The notes under the pieces were generated by a model. It was given only the letters and a program-made list of their open reading frames with translations. It was not told the DNA's origin and did not search any database. From positions 8,680,001 to 8,744,000 of the forward strand of contig OZ241829.1 in the NCBI GenBank assembly GCA_965202585.1: DNA of 64,000 bases. Reading direction: 5' to 3'. Each line of letters starts with the position of its first letter. Position 1 is the stretch's first letter. Source of the DNA: Thalia democratica (taxonomy: Eukaryota). Below are positions 28,001 through 40,597 of this stretch, piece after piece. The translations under genes and the position numbers were made by a program.

Positions 28001-31000
28001 GTTAAGTAAATATTCAGTTTAAAAAGAAACTAATTTATATAAAATGAAATATATTTACAACTTAAATATTACGAATGTTTATCAATAACTTGTGAGAAAC
28101 CTAAACATATAAAAACTAGTAAAACTCTCCTAATATTCAGCGAGTAAACTTGCTTTTTGCCTGAAAACTGCACTTCTCGCTTCAAAGTCAGCAGCTTGCT
28201 GTGAAGTGGGCTGATAATGTTTGTTTGTGACGTCACAGTTAACACTTTCCCCCGTCGTAACGAGGGTCGATGACTTAAAAGTAGCAGCAGCTCGCTTTGA
28301 AGTCTCGCTGCGAATTTATTGTGCAGTTTGTCTACTGCAAATATGTGCGACTTGGTTTTTGAAAAACTGTTTTTAATTGCTTGATTGCTGTTTTCACACC
28401 ATGCCGCCATTTTGATAGCTCGTATTTTTGTAAAGCAGCATATATAAAATGTTTATTTGGAAAGCTTTATTTAATAAAATCCATTTGCTTCTAAAACAAA
28501 AGAAAGTTTGAAAAAATTTTGACAGCTTTGAACTTGTAAACTTTTTCTCAAAGTCCAGCTAAAAACTTAATCTAAGAAAAGGAAAAGCAATTTGAGACGC
28601 AAACGACTACTGTTCGGTGCAAATTATCACCGAGAAAACGACAATCTTTTCGGTGTTGCAACAAAACGCTTCCTCAATTACCTGTTGTCAGAACTGGCGT
28701 TCAAAGGGCGAGTTGTGTGAGAAAGCTGGCAACCTTGTTTACTGCAAACACCGATTAAAAGCAGTTTGAGGTTTCGAAAACACTTCTCTGTGTCAGGAGC
28801 GACCTTTGCAACTTTTTATTTTTAAATATTTTGCATGTGAACGCCTCTCCACTGGCTTGGCAATTACGCGTCGCTGATTTTTGATTTACGAGGTTCTCTC
28901 CGGGCAGCGAAATGGCTCATTACGCTCCGGAGTTTGTTTTGGAGCTGCTCGTTTGAAGTGGCGTGTTTACACAAGGTGTTGTGGCAGACACTAAACATAT
29001 ACATGCGTGACAGTGTAAATTAAATTACAAGCAAACACTGCCGGGTAGTAGTATGTATATGAAGGCCTGAATGTTTTTTTAGTATAAAAAATTACGTCAT
29101 TACGTACATAAATGTGTATTTGTGTATTTATAGCAATACAATTAGAAAAACATTAAATTAAGTGTGTTTGTCGTTTATGAATTATCTTAAAAAATTTGTT
29201 TTAAAGTTGCGAGTATTTATGATAAGCAGCTATTTCTATAAAAAATTAATTTCATAAGCCTTAATCATTGAAGTTGAAATTCAATTATATTGTTACTCTA
29301 TATAAACTCTAGTTTTTTAGTAAACATTTGAAAAATAGTACATTTAAAAGTTTGACTTAAACTTCCGATAAAAAACTTATAGCTATATATGTGTATATAT
29401 ATATATATATATTTATGTATTTATATACGTTAATATTTTTTATTACAGACAATCCTTAACTCAATGCACAAGTACCAGCCACGCTTCCTCATAGTGAGGT
29501 GCAGTGACGTCATCAAAATGTCATTACAGTCACAAATGAGGACTTACGTGTTCAAAGAAATGCAGTTCATCGCAGTAACCGCCTACCAGAACGAAAATGT
29601 GGGTTAAGTAATGTTAAGTATAACTATAATACGTTCCATAACTTTACACATAGCAGTTTAGTGATTTTAATTGTTTTAAGTTTGATACTTTGCACCCGAC
29701 TTAATTGTGTGTAAACTGATTTCTACCTGAAAATATAATAGCATCTAAAATAAAAAGTTCAAGAAAGTTTACTCAATGTTTGTTATCAAATAAAATAGAC
29801 AAAAACCCATTAACTGCAATACAATTTAAAAGTTTCAAACTTCAAAGCTTTATTCTTGCATAAGTTTATGGTTAAAAAAGGCTACAACGCATATGCTTGA
29901 AACATAAAAACACTAAAAAGCAAAAACTTTTGTTATCAAGCTTCTTACTTACAACACTAAGCATCATATTTTACGGTTTAAGGCAATAAGACTCGTACTT
30001 TCAGCGCTAAAATTGCTAGAAACACGCAGTACTTAAAAATTCCGCACACAAAAAATAACAACAAATCGATGTAAGAAAAATAAGCAGCACAAAAAAGCCT
30101 CGTTAAAAGCTCGTAGAGACGCAAATCGCTTAAAGCGTGAAAATCAAAGCTCCACACACACAAGCAGATAAATTAAATGTAGCTAAATGTCTCTTATTCA
30201 GACGTGCAAAGCTTCGTATTCGGTCACGCTTGTTTCGCACAATGAGCTGCCGTTGTTGTTGAATATCGAATATCGAGAATATCGAAATATGTAACCGGAT
30301 CCGTCAATATACTTTGTTTGCGGGATATTCTTGCGGCCTTGTCTTGGGAGCTTGTCGATAATTCAAATGGGATTTGTCAAAGTGTCGACGCATAAAACAT
30401 GAAAATATCAAGCTTTGGCTGTTTCTGCTATTGTTACTCTTTATACAACTCTTTCTTTTAATATTTTTTAATTACGTTCTTTGCTTTAAATACTTTAATT
30501 AAAATATTTTTTGTAATAAGATTTTATGTTTCATATTAGTATATTTTAAAACAAGTATTAACTTCTGCCGATTCTTTATAACTTATTTTAAGTTGTAATA
30601 TATTGCACTAAACTATTCTTCCTCAAAACTTGAAAATTTGAAATTTTATACGCCCAAATTTTAAAAAGTGTTTTTCTGATAAACAATAAAAACTAGAAAT
30701 ATGCAACTAGCACAATTTCAAAATAACAGATTACAAAGTTGAAGATCGACTACAACCCGTTTGCAAAAGGATTCCGTGACTCTGGAAGTGCAAAAAGAGA
30801 TAAAAGGTATTCTTTTACTTACTTTTAATGTGTAACATGTGGAACTTTACTAAATTAAAAAATAATAATTTAAAGTTTAAGATAAAATTTGTTCTTATTT
30901 AAATTTTTTCAGACAACTTTTCAACGCAACAAGTTCTCCACCAAGAAAAGAGATATCCACCGAGCAAGCAGATTTCCAAGCCAAGATGACGCGAAGCAAT

Positions 31001-32130
31001 CAGTATGACAGAGGTGAGTTCTTATCTGTAAATCACTAACCGCATGCTGATGTAAACCAGTGTTTATTATCTTTATTGTACAAAGTTTTTCAAGCAGTAT
31101 TCAGAGGCGAACAAAGTATTTTTTCTCAGGTTTAAACAAAGCAAAGAATGTCTATATACTTTGCAGTTTTTAAATATAAGTACATATTTTCTGACGGTAG
31201 GTATAATAACAGAATTTTTCAACGGTTACAGGCTATATGATAAAAGGATGCTTGTTAGTTTAAGCATTTGGGGTTAGAAGCTGGTAGTTTAAATTTTGGG
31301 TTAGGGTAAGAGGTTTTAGTAAAGTAGGTATATTTTCCCTTCAAGTTTGAAACCCATCAGTGTTTTATCTTGTATTTGTTTTATCTTAGCAGGCGACGCA
31401 AGTTTCAAAAGAAGGAGACTGGACGCGGAAGCCACCGACCACCAGAGAAGAAGAACCACTGATCATGAGTACCGCAGGATCGGGTCCTCCTCAAGCAGCA
31501 GAGGCTCCTCAAAAATTCCCACCCCAACGACTGGATCCCTTCGCAACGCCTCCTGGTCATCTGAAAACAAAAGCCCCTTCAACCTCCCAACTCCATCCCC
31601 TTCCCACTTCAACTTCAATCCACTTTGCGGGATTCCCCCCATGATGATGTGGCAGAACTCGCCCCTGTTTCGGGGAATCACCTCCAACCCGATGTTCCAG
31701 CAGAAGAACGGTTTCTCCTTACCTCCATCTGGTGCTTTCCCTTTTCCGCAAAAGTCTCCTGTTGACCAGGGCTCGGTGTTTCAGCAGTACCAACACTTGC
31801 TGGCGCTGATGAGCGCGGCGGCGGCCAGCAACCTCAACCCGCAGCAGTACGGTTTCCATAGAAACGGCGCCCTCCAGTGCCCAACCCACCCGGCGGAGAA
31901 ACCCGACTCTGCTCACAGCGCCGACTCCCCTGCCGTTTCACCCTCGGTGCTTTCCCCCGAAAGCGGCGTTTCTTCGGACAAGAAACAGGAAGGTCACGCT
32001 TCGAGGTTCCAGCCGTACGTTCAAGAGCAGGTGAAACTCATTGAACCGAAACGGGAGGTGGAGGAAATTGTGTCATCGTCGCAAAAGTGTCCTCAGGAGG
32101 TGAGCGTGAAGCTGGAAGCCGGTTACTCGA
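21726..32130 (+). CDS. Tbx2/3: T-box transcription factor Tbx2/3 (omb class), spliced; 3' terminal exon uncertain
   Basis: Hand-spliced GT-AG exons in compatible phases: 21726-22093, 26991-27086, 27420-27594, 29449-29598, 30730-30806, 30913-31013, 31390/31393-32099 (or -32130). The joined T-box reads [30 protein letters not shown]|[32 protein letters not shown]|[58 protein letters not shown]|[50 protein letters not shown]|[54 protein letters not shown] and KLTNNISD are typical of Tbx2/3. The C-terminal RFQPY resembles the R(Y/F)SPY motif of vertebrate TBX2/3. Confidence 0.95.
26991..27086 (+). CDS. Tbx2/3: Tbx2/3 exon 2
   Basis: ctttttacag|G AGA ATG TTT CCT ... TGC AG|gtatat; RMFP...DACR. 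Confidence 0.93.
27420..27594 (+). CDS. Tbx2/3: Tbx2/3 exon 3
   Basis: caacag|G TAC AAA TTT CAC ... GGA CAC|gtaagt; YKFHNSRW...NGH. Confidence 0.95.
29449..29598 (+). CDS. Tbx2/3: Tbx2/3 exon 4
   Basis: ttacag|ACA ATC CTT AAC TCA ATG CAC ... GAA AAT|gtgggt; [12 protein letters not shown]...AVTAYQNEN. Confidence 0.95.
30730..30806 (+). CDS. Tbx2/3: Tbx2/3 exon 5 (T-box C-terminal helices)
   Basis: taacag|ATT ACA AAG TTG ... AAA AG|gtattc; [17 protein letters not shown]. Confidence 0.95.
30913..31013 (+). CDS. Tbx2/3: Tbx2/3 exon 6
   Basis: ttttttcag|A CAA CTT TTC AAC ... AGA G|gtgagt; phase 2 to phase 1, in frame with exons 5 and 7. Confidence 0.85.
31390..32130 (+). CDS. Tbx2/3: Tbx2/3 exon 7 (Ser/Pro-rich C-terminal region, putative repression domain)
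   Basis: Core of ORF 31347-32177, GC-rich codons, NLS-like FKRRRLD, RFQPY. Tandem acceptor TAG/CAG at 31387-31392. Candidate donors GAG|GTGAGC (32099) and TCG A|GTATGT (32130). Confidence 0.85.
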
Positions 32131-32394
32131 GTATGTTTGAACTTTCTGATTTTTTGCTAAATTGTGTAATTATTTAAAGTTTATTTTTAATGTTTCTTGA
32201 AAATTATCTGTAAATTTTAGAATACTTATTTTTGAGTTTTTACTATTCACAACTTTTATAGTTAAAAGGATTAGTAACACTAGTTTATATAAAACAGTCA
32301 ATAGTTATCCAAATACATTTTTTTGTTTTCTAAACCTCAAAGAAAAACTTTGATTGGTAATGATCAATTTAAATATTTAGTTTTCTTTCAAAAG

Positions 32395-32721
32395 GTTACA
32401 AAAACAAAGAATGACTACAGTCCTTTTGCAAAAGGATATTGGGGGCTAGGGAACGCTAAAAAACAAATAGGTAAATTTATAAATTGATATAGTTTCTAAA
32501 TACAACATTTTTCAATTAAGTAAAAATATTGATAAACTTAACACATTCGTGCCACAATAATAAACATGTATTAAAAAAACTTTTTCAGGAAATATTTAAA
32601 TACCACAAGCTCACAATCTCAAAAAATACAGAACTATCAGCAAAAGGAATTCAGCGAGATACCAAGAAAAACTCATTACGAGGTTGTTTTATCTGCTAAT
32701 CAAAATAAAATTCCTCTGTGA
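32395..32721 (+). other. Diverged duplicate of Tbx2/3 exons 5 and 6 (alternative or pseudo-exons 32395-32470 and 32589-32721)
   Basis: 32395-32470 reads VTKTKNDYSPFAKGYWGLGNAKKQI versus exon 5 [25 protein letters not shown], flanked by ttttctttcaaaag and G|gtaaat. From 32590 the frame reads KYLNTTSSQSQKIQNYQQKEFSEIPRKTHYE versus exon 6 [32 protein letters not shown], after a tttttcag acceptor. Confidence 0.8.
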
Positions 32722-32876
32722 CAAAATTAATTAGTTTATCTCAATTTTTTTTATGTAAAACCCGAAACACTTGACTTTTTTTGAAAAACAAGTCAAACTG
32801 TGTTGTATTTTCTGCATTAAGTGTATATAAAATTATAGTGACGTATTGTATTCAAGCAAGTGTATAATATTTTCAG

Positions 32877-32993
32877 ATTGAAGCTGATTCAATGCTGACC
32901 CTGAAGAATTTCACCCTTAAAAGAGAGTTTAATAAACAAAAAACTGATTTCACAATTAGCGGCTGGACATTGTCATGCTTTGTTAAACATTAA
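32877..32993 (+). other. Candidate terminal exon of Tbx2/3
   Basis: Good acceptor atattttcag|ATTGAAGC. Gives IEADSMLTLKNF...VKH* in phase 0, or N* after the 32130 donor. AATAAA at 32931. Not verifiable without transcripts. Confidence 0.4.
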
Positions 32994-35900
32994 AGTACAT
33001 AAATTTGTACATTTGTATCTATTTATACAAGATTTTTTAGTATATTTACTTTATTGTTTTGCATTTTTTCACACTGTATAAAAGCCTTGCTTGTAAGTCG
33101 CAAACAGTATATTGGTGTTTTTCAATTTAAAATGTCATGGTGACATTCAAATATAAGAATACACCAACTGAAACAAATGTTATTCAATCATCAATTCATA
33201 ATATGTAATTATAAACAAAATTTCAAAAGCAGGAAAAAAATTTGCTTTGTACACTATTCTATTTCCTAGTAACTAACTTTTTATAATTTGTAGTGTGATG
33301 TGTATTTTCTAATCTTTAAATTTATTTTAAAGGTTAGAGTTTTTAGAAATATACTCTTTATTTATGTTTAAAATTATATATCACATATTAATTGCTTTGG
33401 TTTAAATGCAAAATTACTGCCTATAAACATGTTTAAAGAAAGTATTTAAAACTTTATCAAGCTAAAACTTAATGTGTACATTTTTGTGTTTTTTTCGGAT
33501 CTTTTTTTAAAATAAAACATAGTGTATTATAATATGTTATCTATTAACGTGTTTTGATGTAAATGTTAATCCTGTTTAGTTATCTTTCTTACTAACTAAA
33601 TTTAACTGTATCATAATTAGGTCGAAAATACTTAGCGTGTTACAGTTAGATCGTATAGTTAACATTACATTTTTTATCAAATTTCAAAAACAAACATTAC
33701 AAACAAGTTTTTTTTTTATGAAACAAATATTTATTTGCATCTTAAAAATGGAAATAAATTTTAAACTTTAAGTAAGTTAAGATTTAAAAGAGCCTGTTAT
33801 AAAAAATAATAAAACATGTTCATCAAACATATACTTTTTTAAGTATTTGCAATTTATTACCAGTTTTACCTTTTTAGCTTTTGTAATAAAGTATATTTTC
33901 AGATTCTTTACAGGTTTTATTAAACATCAGAATTAATTTAAAGATCATGTAAGCAAAAATATTTGCTGTAAGCAAAATAGTTGGTGTGTTCTATCACAAA
34001 CAAGTTTTTTTTTTACTAGCAACAAGAATAACTTAATGAATATTTTTATATATAAAATACACCAATGGCAAAAATATTTTTGCTTGTTTGTCTGTTTTTT
34101 TATTGAAGTTACAGCAACATCGTTTATTTCTTAATGTTTTACTTCAACTACAGTTATAAAACCTCACTTAAAATCAAATTCACAATCAATTTAGACTTTA
34201 ATAAAAGTATATTTATGTTTTAAGTCAATTGTTTACAACAAAGTAAGCTAGCCTTTGTTTATAAGAGTAAAGTAAGTAGTAACTTTAAGAATACAAAACG
34301 AATTATTTACAATATTTAGGTTAATTATCATGAATAGTATTAAAGTTTTTTAAATTGTAAATGATAAATAGATTAAAAATTAAGTTCAGTAGTAATTTAT
34401 GATAAAGTATTATAATTTAAGTTCCACCTAAAGTCTAATTTTATTGACTGTATAATAGAAATGTTATATAAGTTTGATGTCAAAATATATATTTGTTATG
34501 CTTTTTTTACTAAAAATTTTGTCCGATGATTACAAGAAGTTTTAAAACTAAATTAGTGGGTCAAACCTCTAGTATGCTTTAAAGGTCTTAATTAAATTTC
34601 AAAAGTACAAAATTAAATTTAATTTATAAACAAAAATATACTAATTGAAATATTTAATAAAATTATAAACTCATTATCTAAACTTTCTAATCGTTTTCAT
34701 TATGAATTTAAGATACAAATTTTTTAAACAAAAAAACTTTTTATAGTACAATTAGACAAATTATTATGGTTATACGCATAAAGTTAAACGATTTACTTTC
34801 AAACTCATTGGTGAGAATTTACTCGTAAACAATATTTTGAAAAAATTTTAGGTTTTGGTAGTTATCTAACAATATCAACTATCTATAAAAAATGTTGTAA
34901 TGAAAAATTCTTAAACTGAATCTAATATATTATCGTGATAGAAAGTTTTTTTGTTATGACCTGAAATAAAAATAAACAAAATTAATAATAAATCATAAAA
35001 CGTAAGTTATAACATTGGTAGGTGACTAAATTTGTTGAGCATACAAATATAATATTACTACTTTTAATTAATATTCAAAGAACTCATAACAACGTTTGTG
35101 AAATCAAAGTGAGGACAAGTTTTACGAACAGCAAAATGACACATCATGACATTCAACCAATTTCTACAACGATTTTCACAAGCTACATAATTACAACTTA
35201 GCTGCGTGTAACTTGGGAAAGTCAGACATTTTAACATGATAGTCTTGTATCACTGAATTGAGACGCTAATATTCAAAGTTCGACGCTGAACGTTTTCGAT
35301 GATTGATCTCGACAAAACGAAAAGTGATTATCTCCGTTGAAAGACGAAAAGTAGCCAAATTTCTAGTAGTAGCGAAAGAAGTCGTAGATTACCGATGAGC
35401 TATTTACAGCTTAATGTGCTGAGAACTACAATAAATCAAACTTGACTGAGATGTTAATACTTTGGCAGATTTTACTCGGCTTTTTGTGCTGTGGTCAAGA
35501 ATTACTTGTTTTATTTTAAACTACAATAATTTTTGCTTTGTGTTAAGTATTTTAAAATTACTATTGAAGAAGTTATAGTAATAAAAGTATTAATGAAAAC
35601 TTTTTATTTATAAACTTAACAGAGTTAATATATTTTATTATTATTATATAAATATTTTTTGGGCTTTGCTTTTTCATGACACTAAATGGACTATAGTAGT
35701 ATTCTAAGGAGATTGTTTAAAAAGTAAATCAAGTAATAATGTTTATACTCAAGCAACTTGTGATAAAATTTGAAATTATTGCAAATTTATTGTCAATGTG
35801 ATGGATCCAGGCATTAAATCCTAGGTCACTTAGATTGAAAGACAAATAACGAAGAGACGAAAAATAAAAAATAACAAAAAAGGTTCATGTTTTTGAAATA

Positions 35901-36081
35901 AAAGTAAAAGCATAGTTTAGTTTAATTTAAAATAGACTTTCAAAATGAATCTTAAAATGATTTTTGAAAGTTATTTTAAGACAAGCATCTGTCTTCATCT
36001 TAAATTGTCGAAGTTTAAAGAAAACTTAATTCTTATTACATTTCCCTACTTGAAGCTATTATATTAAATAAAGGATCATTT

Positions 36082-36139
36082 GAAGTAAATGTGCAATGCT
36101 TCTTCGGACTGAAGTAAATCTGCAGTGTTTCTTCAGACT
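36082..36139. repeat. 29-bp tandem duplication
   Basis: gaagtaaatgtgcaatgcttcttcggact / gaagtaaatctgcagtgtttcttcagact (25 of 29 identical). Confidence 0.8.
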
Positions 36140-39100
36140 AGCAGTAGACTTTTGGCGCCATTCATGTCAATCAAAACACTTTTCACAAATCTCATTCGGA
36201 AGCAAGTTGGTAGATAACAACACATTACATTAACTAACAAACTGTTTGTAGATAACACTAAACTAAAAAAATGCAAATAATAAACACCAAGGTTTTATGC
36301 TATAGTTTTGAGACTAATTTAAGTAAAAAACTCTTGTATTGAATTTATAAAAATATTTTCATACTTTTTACTTAAGTTTTAAGCAGTGTTAGCTACCTGA
36401 TGTATTTCAAAGGGATTATTTAAAGATTCTTTTATAAAGATTGATTATGTAAGTTCATTTTGTTCAACTTTGTTCTATATGCCTGAAATTCTTTAATTGC
36501 TGCTTTTAGAAAATTAACTAAGTTCAATCTAAAATTGTGCTTTTCTTGAATTTATGTGTTTATAATATTGTATTCTTATTTGGTTTTAGTCTGTATTATG
36601 TGCATTACAATAAATTCGAGTTTTTTATAAGGAATTTAGTTGTATTCTAAAAAGTAGGTCTTTTTTTTATAAATGTCCACCTAATTTCTTAAATGAAAAA
36701 TTCTGTTAATTAACATTTCAAACTTATTATATACTTTTACTTGTGATTTAGTTTAAAAGAATACAAGTATTAAAGCATTAAACAAACAGGCTTTAACCTT
36801 GCTGCTATACTAATGTGTTATCAATCAATTTTAACTGTTTTAGTTAGTGGTTAAGTGTTACGTTCCAAGTTATAATAACAAGTCTAAAAACTAGATGTTT
36901 TCAAACGATTTGTGTTATACTGATGTTAAAATATAAATTAACATTTTAAAAACATGTGTTTTGTATATTAAAACTTAAATAAACTAAATGAACACTTTTT
37001 TAATGTTTCACATTAATTAATAGTTAAAAAAAAATTGTTTCAAACGTTTTGTTAAGTTATAACCTATTAGTATTAGTTTTATTTACTAAACTGAAATTTT
37101 TATATAGTAAATAGTTTAATTCCATTTAAAAAAATTGTTTATATTAGATTGTGGTAAGCTATTTTTCAAGGGTCTTTAATTAAAAATAAGTTTCAAGCTA
37201 AATGTAAGCACCATTGTACTGTTTTTAAGTGTTATGTAAATACTTTTGTTTAAACTTTTTAAGATTTAAAACTTAATTAAGCTGTAATATTGATGCAGTC
37301 TATTGTACAAACTTAACATTAATTTACAAACTTTTTGTTTCTATTTATCGAAAACAATTTTTTATTACAGTTGATTGTCGTTTGGTAATAATTGCACTAG
37401 TACTTCTAACACAAAGAGATAAAAATAACTTCAGATTAGTTGTGTTTAAAAATGTGTAAAAAGCCCATTTTCAAGCACCTTGTATTTGAAAAGGCACGAA
37501 AAACTTGAAATAGTTGAACTTGACACTTTATGACGTCACATATAGCTGTTGTGGTGTCAATTGTTGTTGAGTGCCAATTGTGTCGCGTGGCTAACACTCG
37601 ACAGTCAAGTTGTCAACGAATAAGTTGTGAAAATGATGGCTTAACTCGACAGCATTGCCACTAAAAATGTTGATTATGAAGTATTGTTTATATTTTAAGA
37701 TAAAAGTCTATAGACATGCATAAATGGTTCAATATGCTAAAATGTTTTATATATAAATAATATTTTATTACGTTAATTTGTAACATAATCAGTTTTCTCT
37801 TTTTTTTTTCATTTCATATAATCAGTTTTATCTTTATTGCTTTAAGCGAACCTCATTCTTTTTTTAAAACCTGGTTATTTTTTGAGAAAATATGAAATTT
37901 TGTGAAAATGATGATGTGTTAATTGTTTAACCCTTAAACATAAAATTAAAAGTTTATTTATTAAAAAATCGTTTAGAAAACATAATATTAACCTTATAAC
38001 AAAATTATATTCTTTTAAATATTTTTTAGGGTAGATGAGTTAACAATTTAAAAAAAAAAACAAAAAAAAGTTTTATTCAAAAAGTTTTTTAAATTTATGA
38101 TGAAAAAAATCACCAATAAAAAATTTCAAATGTACTAAAGTTGCTAAAGTTGATTTATATTTTTAAGACATTAGAAACATTACAGCTGAATAAGTAACAT
38201 TGAGTGTTCATGACTCTTATACGGTATCAATTTAAACATTAAAGTTTTTACTGAAAAACTAAGATACATGTGTGCACTTACCATCTTAATCCGCACAAAA
38301 AGTAAACATGCAAAATTAATACGTTACACGCGACAAACACACCACTTTGATGTTAAATTTTAATTTTTAAATACTTGAAAAACTACAGCTTAATATGTTA
38401 CACTAAATGATCATGACTCTTACAAGATATTAATTCAAATACTAAATTATTTACTAAAAAAAATAATTAAAAAAAAAAAGAAACCACTTTGAAAATGCGA
38501 AATTTCTTGCAAGCTAAAATGTTTGGTGAAGTTGCAACAAGATTGTGCTGCCAAACAATACCTTCTAATTGCGTGTTATTACATATTTGCTTGTAGTTTT
38601 AATTTTGTTGTATTTCTGCGTACTTCGAACTTGGTGTAAAAACACGAAAACTTGAAAAAATCAAAAAGTTTCACACGATGTAGTAAATGTTTGAGTTGAG
38701 CAGAAAACAAGTTATTTTGTTATAGAAATTAGTTAGCTTTTAGATTTTTTGAAACTTCTAACTTTTATTTTAGTTATTCCTTAAAATATAAATACGTTTT
38801 TATATTCAAAGATAATTTATTTATTTTATAATTTTAATTGATCCCTTTTGAATTCTCTTTAGTAAATTAAAGTACAAAAATGATTGTTTCTAATATTTTT
38901 CCTTGACACTACTTTTAAAGGATTTTAAAACTAATGTAAGTGAAACAAATAAAACCTTTTTATTCATACTGAACTGTGTGAATTGGGCTCGCTCCCAATA
39001 ATAAGCCTGAGCTACAAAAGGGTATCGACTCCAAACAAATATTTAAACTGATTATTTAAAATTAGACACTGTTAAGTAAACGAGTGTAAACCTCATAGCT

Positions 39101-40597
39101 TCCTGCTTTTAAATGTATTGACAAACTAATGCATTTAAGTTTACAGTTTACATTGATGGTTTATGAAAATGTACAGGTTTGTAAATATTGTTAACAACAT
39201 TGTTATTTAGAACAACAAAATGTTGTTTTGTTTAAAAAACTACTCTAATTATTTTTATTTTGTTTTGGTATCTTATATTGCAGATATATAAAAATAAACA
39301 GTTAATTTACGTGATTATCAAAAAAAAAAAAGTTTTGGTTAACAAGTTCTACTTTTAGTATAGCTGTTGTTTTACTTTTAGAAACAGCAAAAAAATATCA
39401 TTTAACATTATAAGTAAAAATTAATGAATTTTATAAACTAAAAATTAACTGTTGTTTGTTTTTATTTAGAAACTAACGGTCAAAAAAAAATCATATATTT
39501 TATAAATATCCTCCTTTCCCCTGTTGTTTTGTTGCACCCACTTACAAAACCACCCGCTTGAGTTCAGCGAATTCACAAAAAGCAAAAAAAAATCTGATTA
39601 AGCTGCTTTCTATTACAATATGATTAAGCTGGGTGCAATTTTGCTTCTACTTTGTATAGGCGTTACTTGCTTCATAAATAGGAAAGGGCTTTATAATATA
39701 TTGTGTCATTATATATTTATATTTCTTTCTTATAATTTCGAAACAACTTTTTAATTTTTTTGAAATTCGTGTAATTAGTCTAAAATAGCTTTTTGATGAA
39801 AATGAAGTATATATGATTACTTATGTTTACGTTTTTTATTGTAAACATTTTTACACTGTTTAAAACTAGTTTTTTGTTTAATAATTCTAAAGAATAACCT
39901 TATTGCTTTTCTGTTTTAGGTTTTAAACTTCTTGTAACTTATCTTTAAAGTATATCGAGTGAAATTGAATATTTAAAAAATTTTCTCATCAAACCAAAAG
40001 ATTCACACACTTGCAGTTGTAAAACTTTGTACCCACAATTTTCGACCCATTAAACACGTCATTTACCCGTCAAACAGTGCAACATTCCCGTTGTCAACAG
40101 GCGTCTCAGTGACTACCGTTGCTAAGTGCATCGTGATCACTCAATCGTTAAAAGGGACATCCCCTAGCAAGAAACTTAATATTGTTTGTTTTTGTTGCTA
40201 ATCATAATCCCACCTAAAGTCTGAAGGATTTTAACAAAATAGAAAAATAGAATTTAATATTTTGTGCGAACTTATTGTGTTTAAATTATTTTTTACTCCA
40301 AATCACGCCTGTTTTTTCATTACCAGACATCAACAGTTTTGTTAAAATTATAAGATAAATCTTTTTATCAATGGCTTCTATTGCTTCTATAATGCTGTAT
40401 TGTTCGAGTTTTAAAGCTTTTATATAAATCAGTTTCTTTAATAGAATTTAGTAGCGCAGAACAAAACGATCAACTTAACAAGAATCTATAATCAATTTAA
40501 TTATATGTAATTATCTATTTATTTAAAGTGTATATTAATCAGAAAAATATCTTTAATTTTAAAACTGACGTTTATAGAAAACATTATTCCACTTATA

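Noticed and set aside
21711-31916. Minus-strand ORFs 21711-21899, 27410-27628, 31463-31687 and 31719-31916
   Set aside because: Antisense shadows of GC-rich Tbx2/3 exons.
32589-32699. Alternative frame of exon 6' reading ...SAKGIQRD, reminiscent of FAKGFRD
   Set aside because: The other frame aligns colinearly with exon 6 over about 30 codons, so this resemblance is treated as coincidence.
36146-36159. AGAC-TTTT-GGCGCC resembling a BMP/Smad-Schnurri element
   Set aside because: The spacer is 4 nt rather than the required 5; other GGCGCC sites lack the GTCT partner.
38950-39110. Slightly GC-richer patch considered as a small RNA or SINE fragment
   Set aside because: No tRNA cloverleaf, A/B boxes or snoRNA box pairing could be supported.
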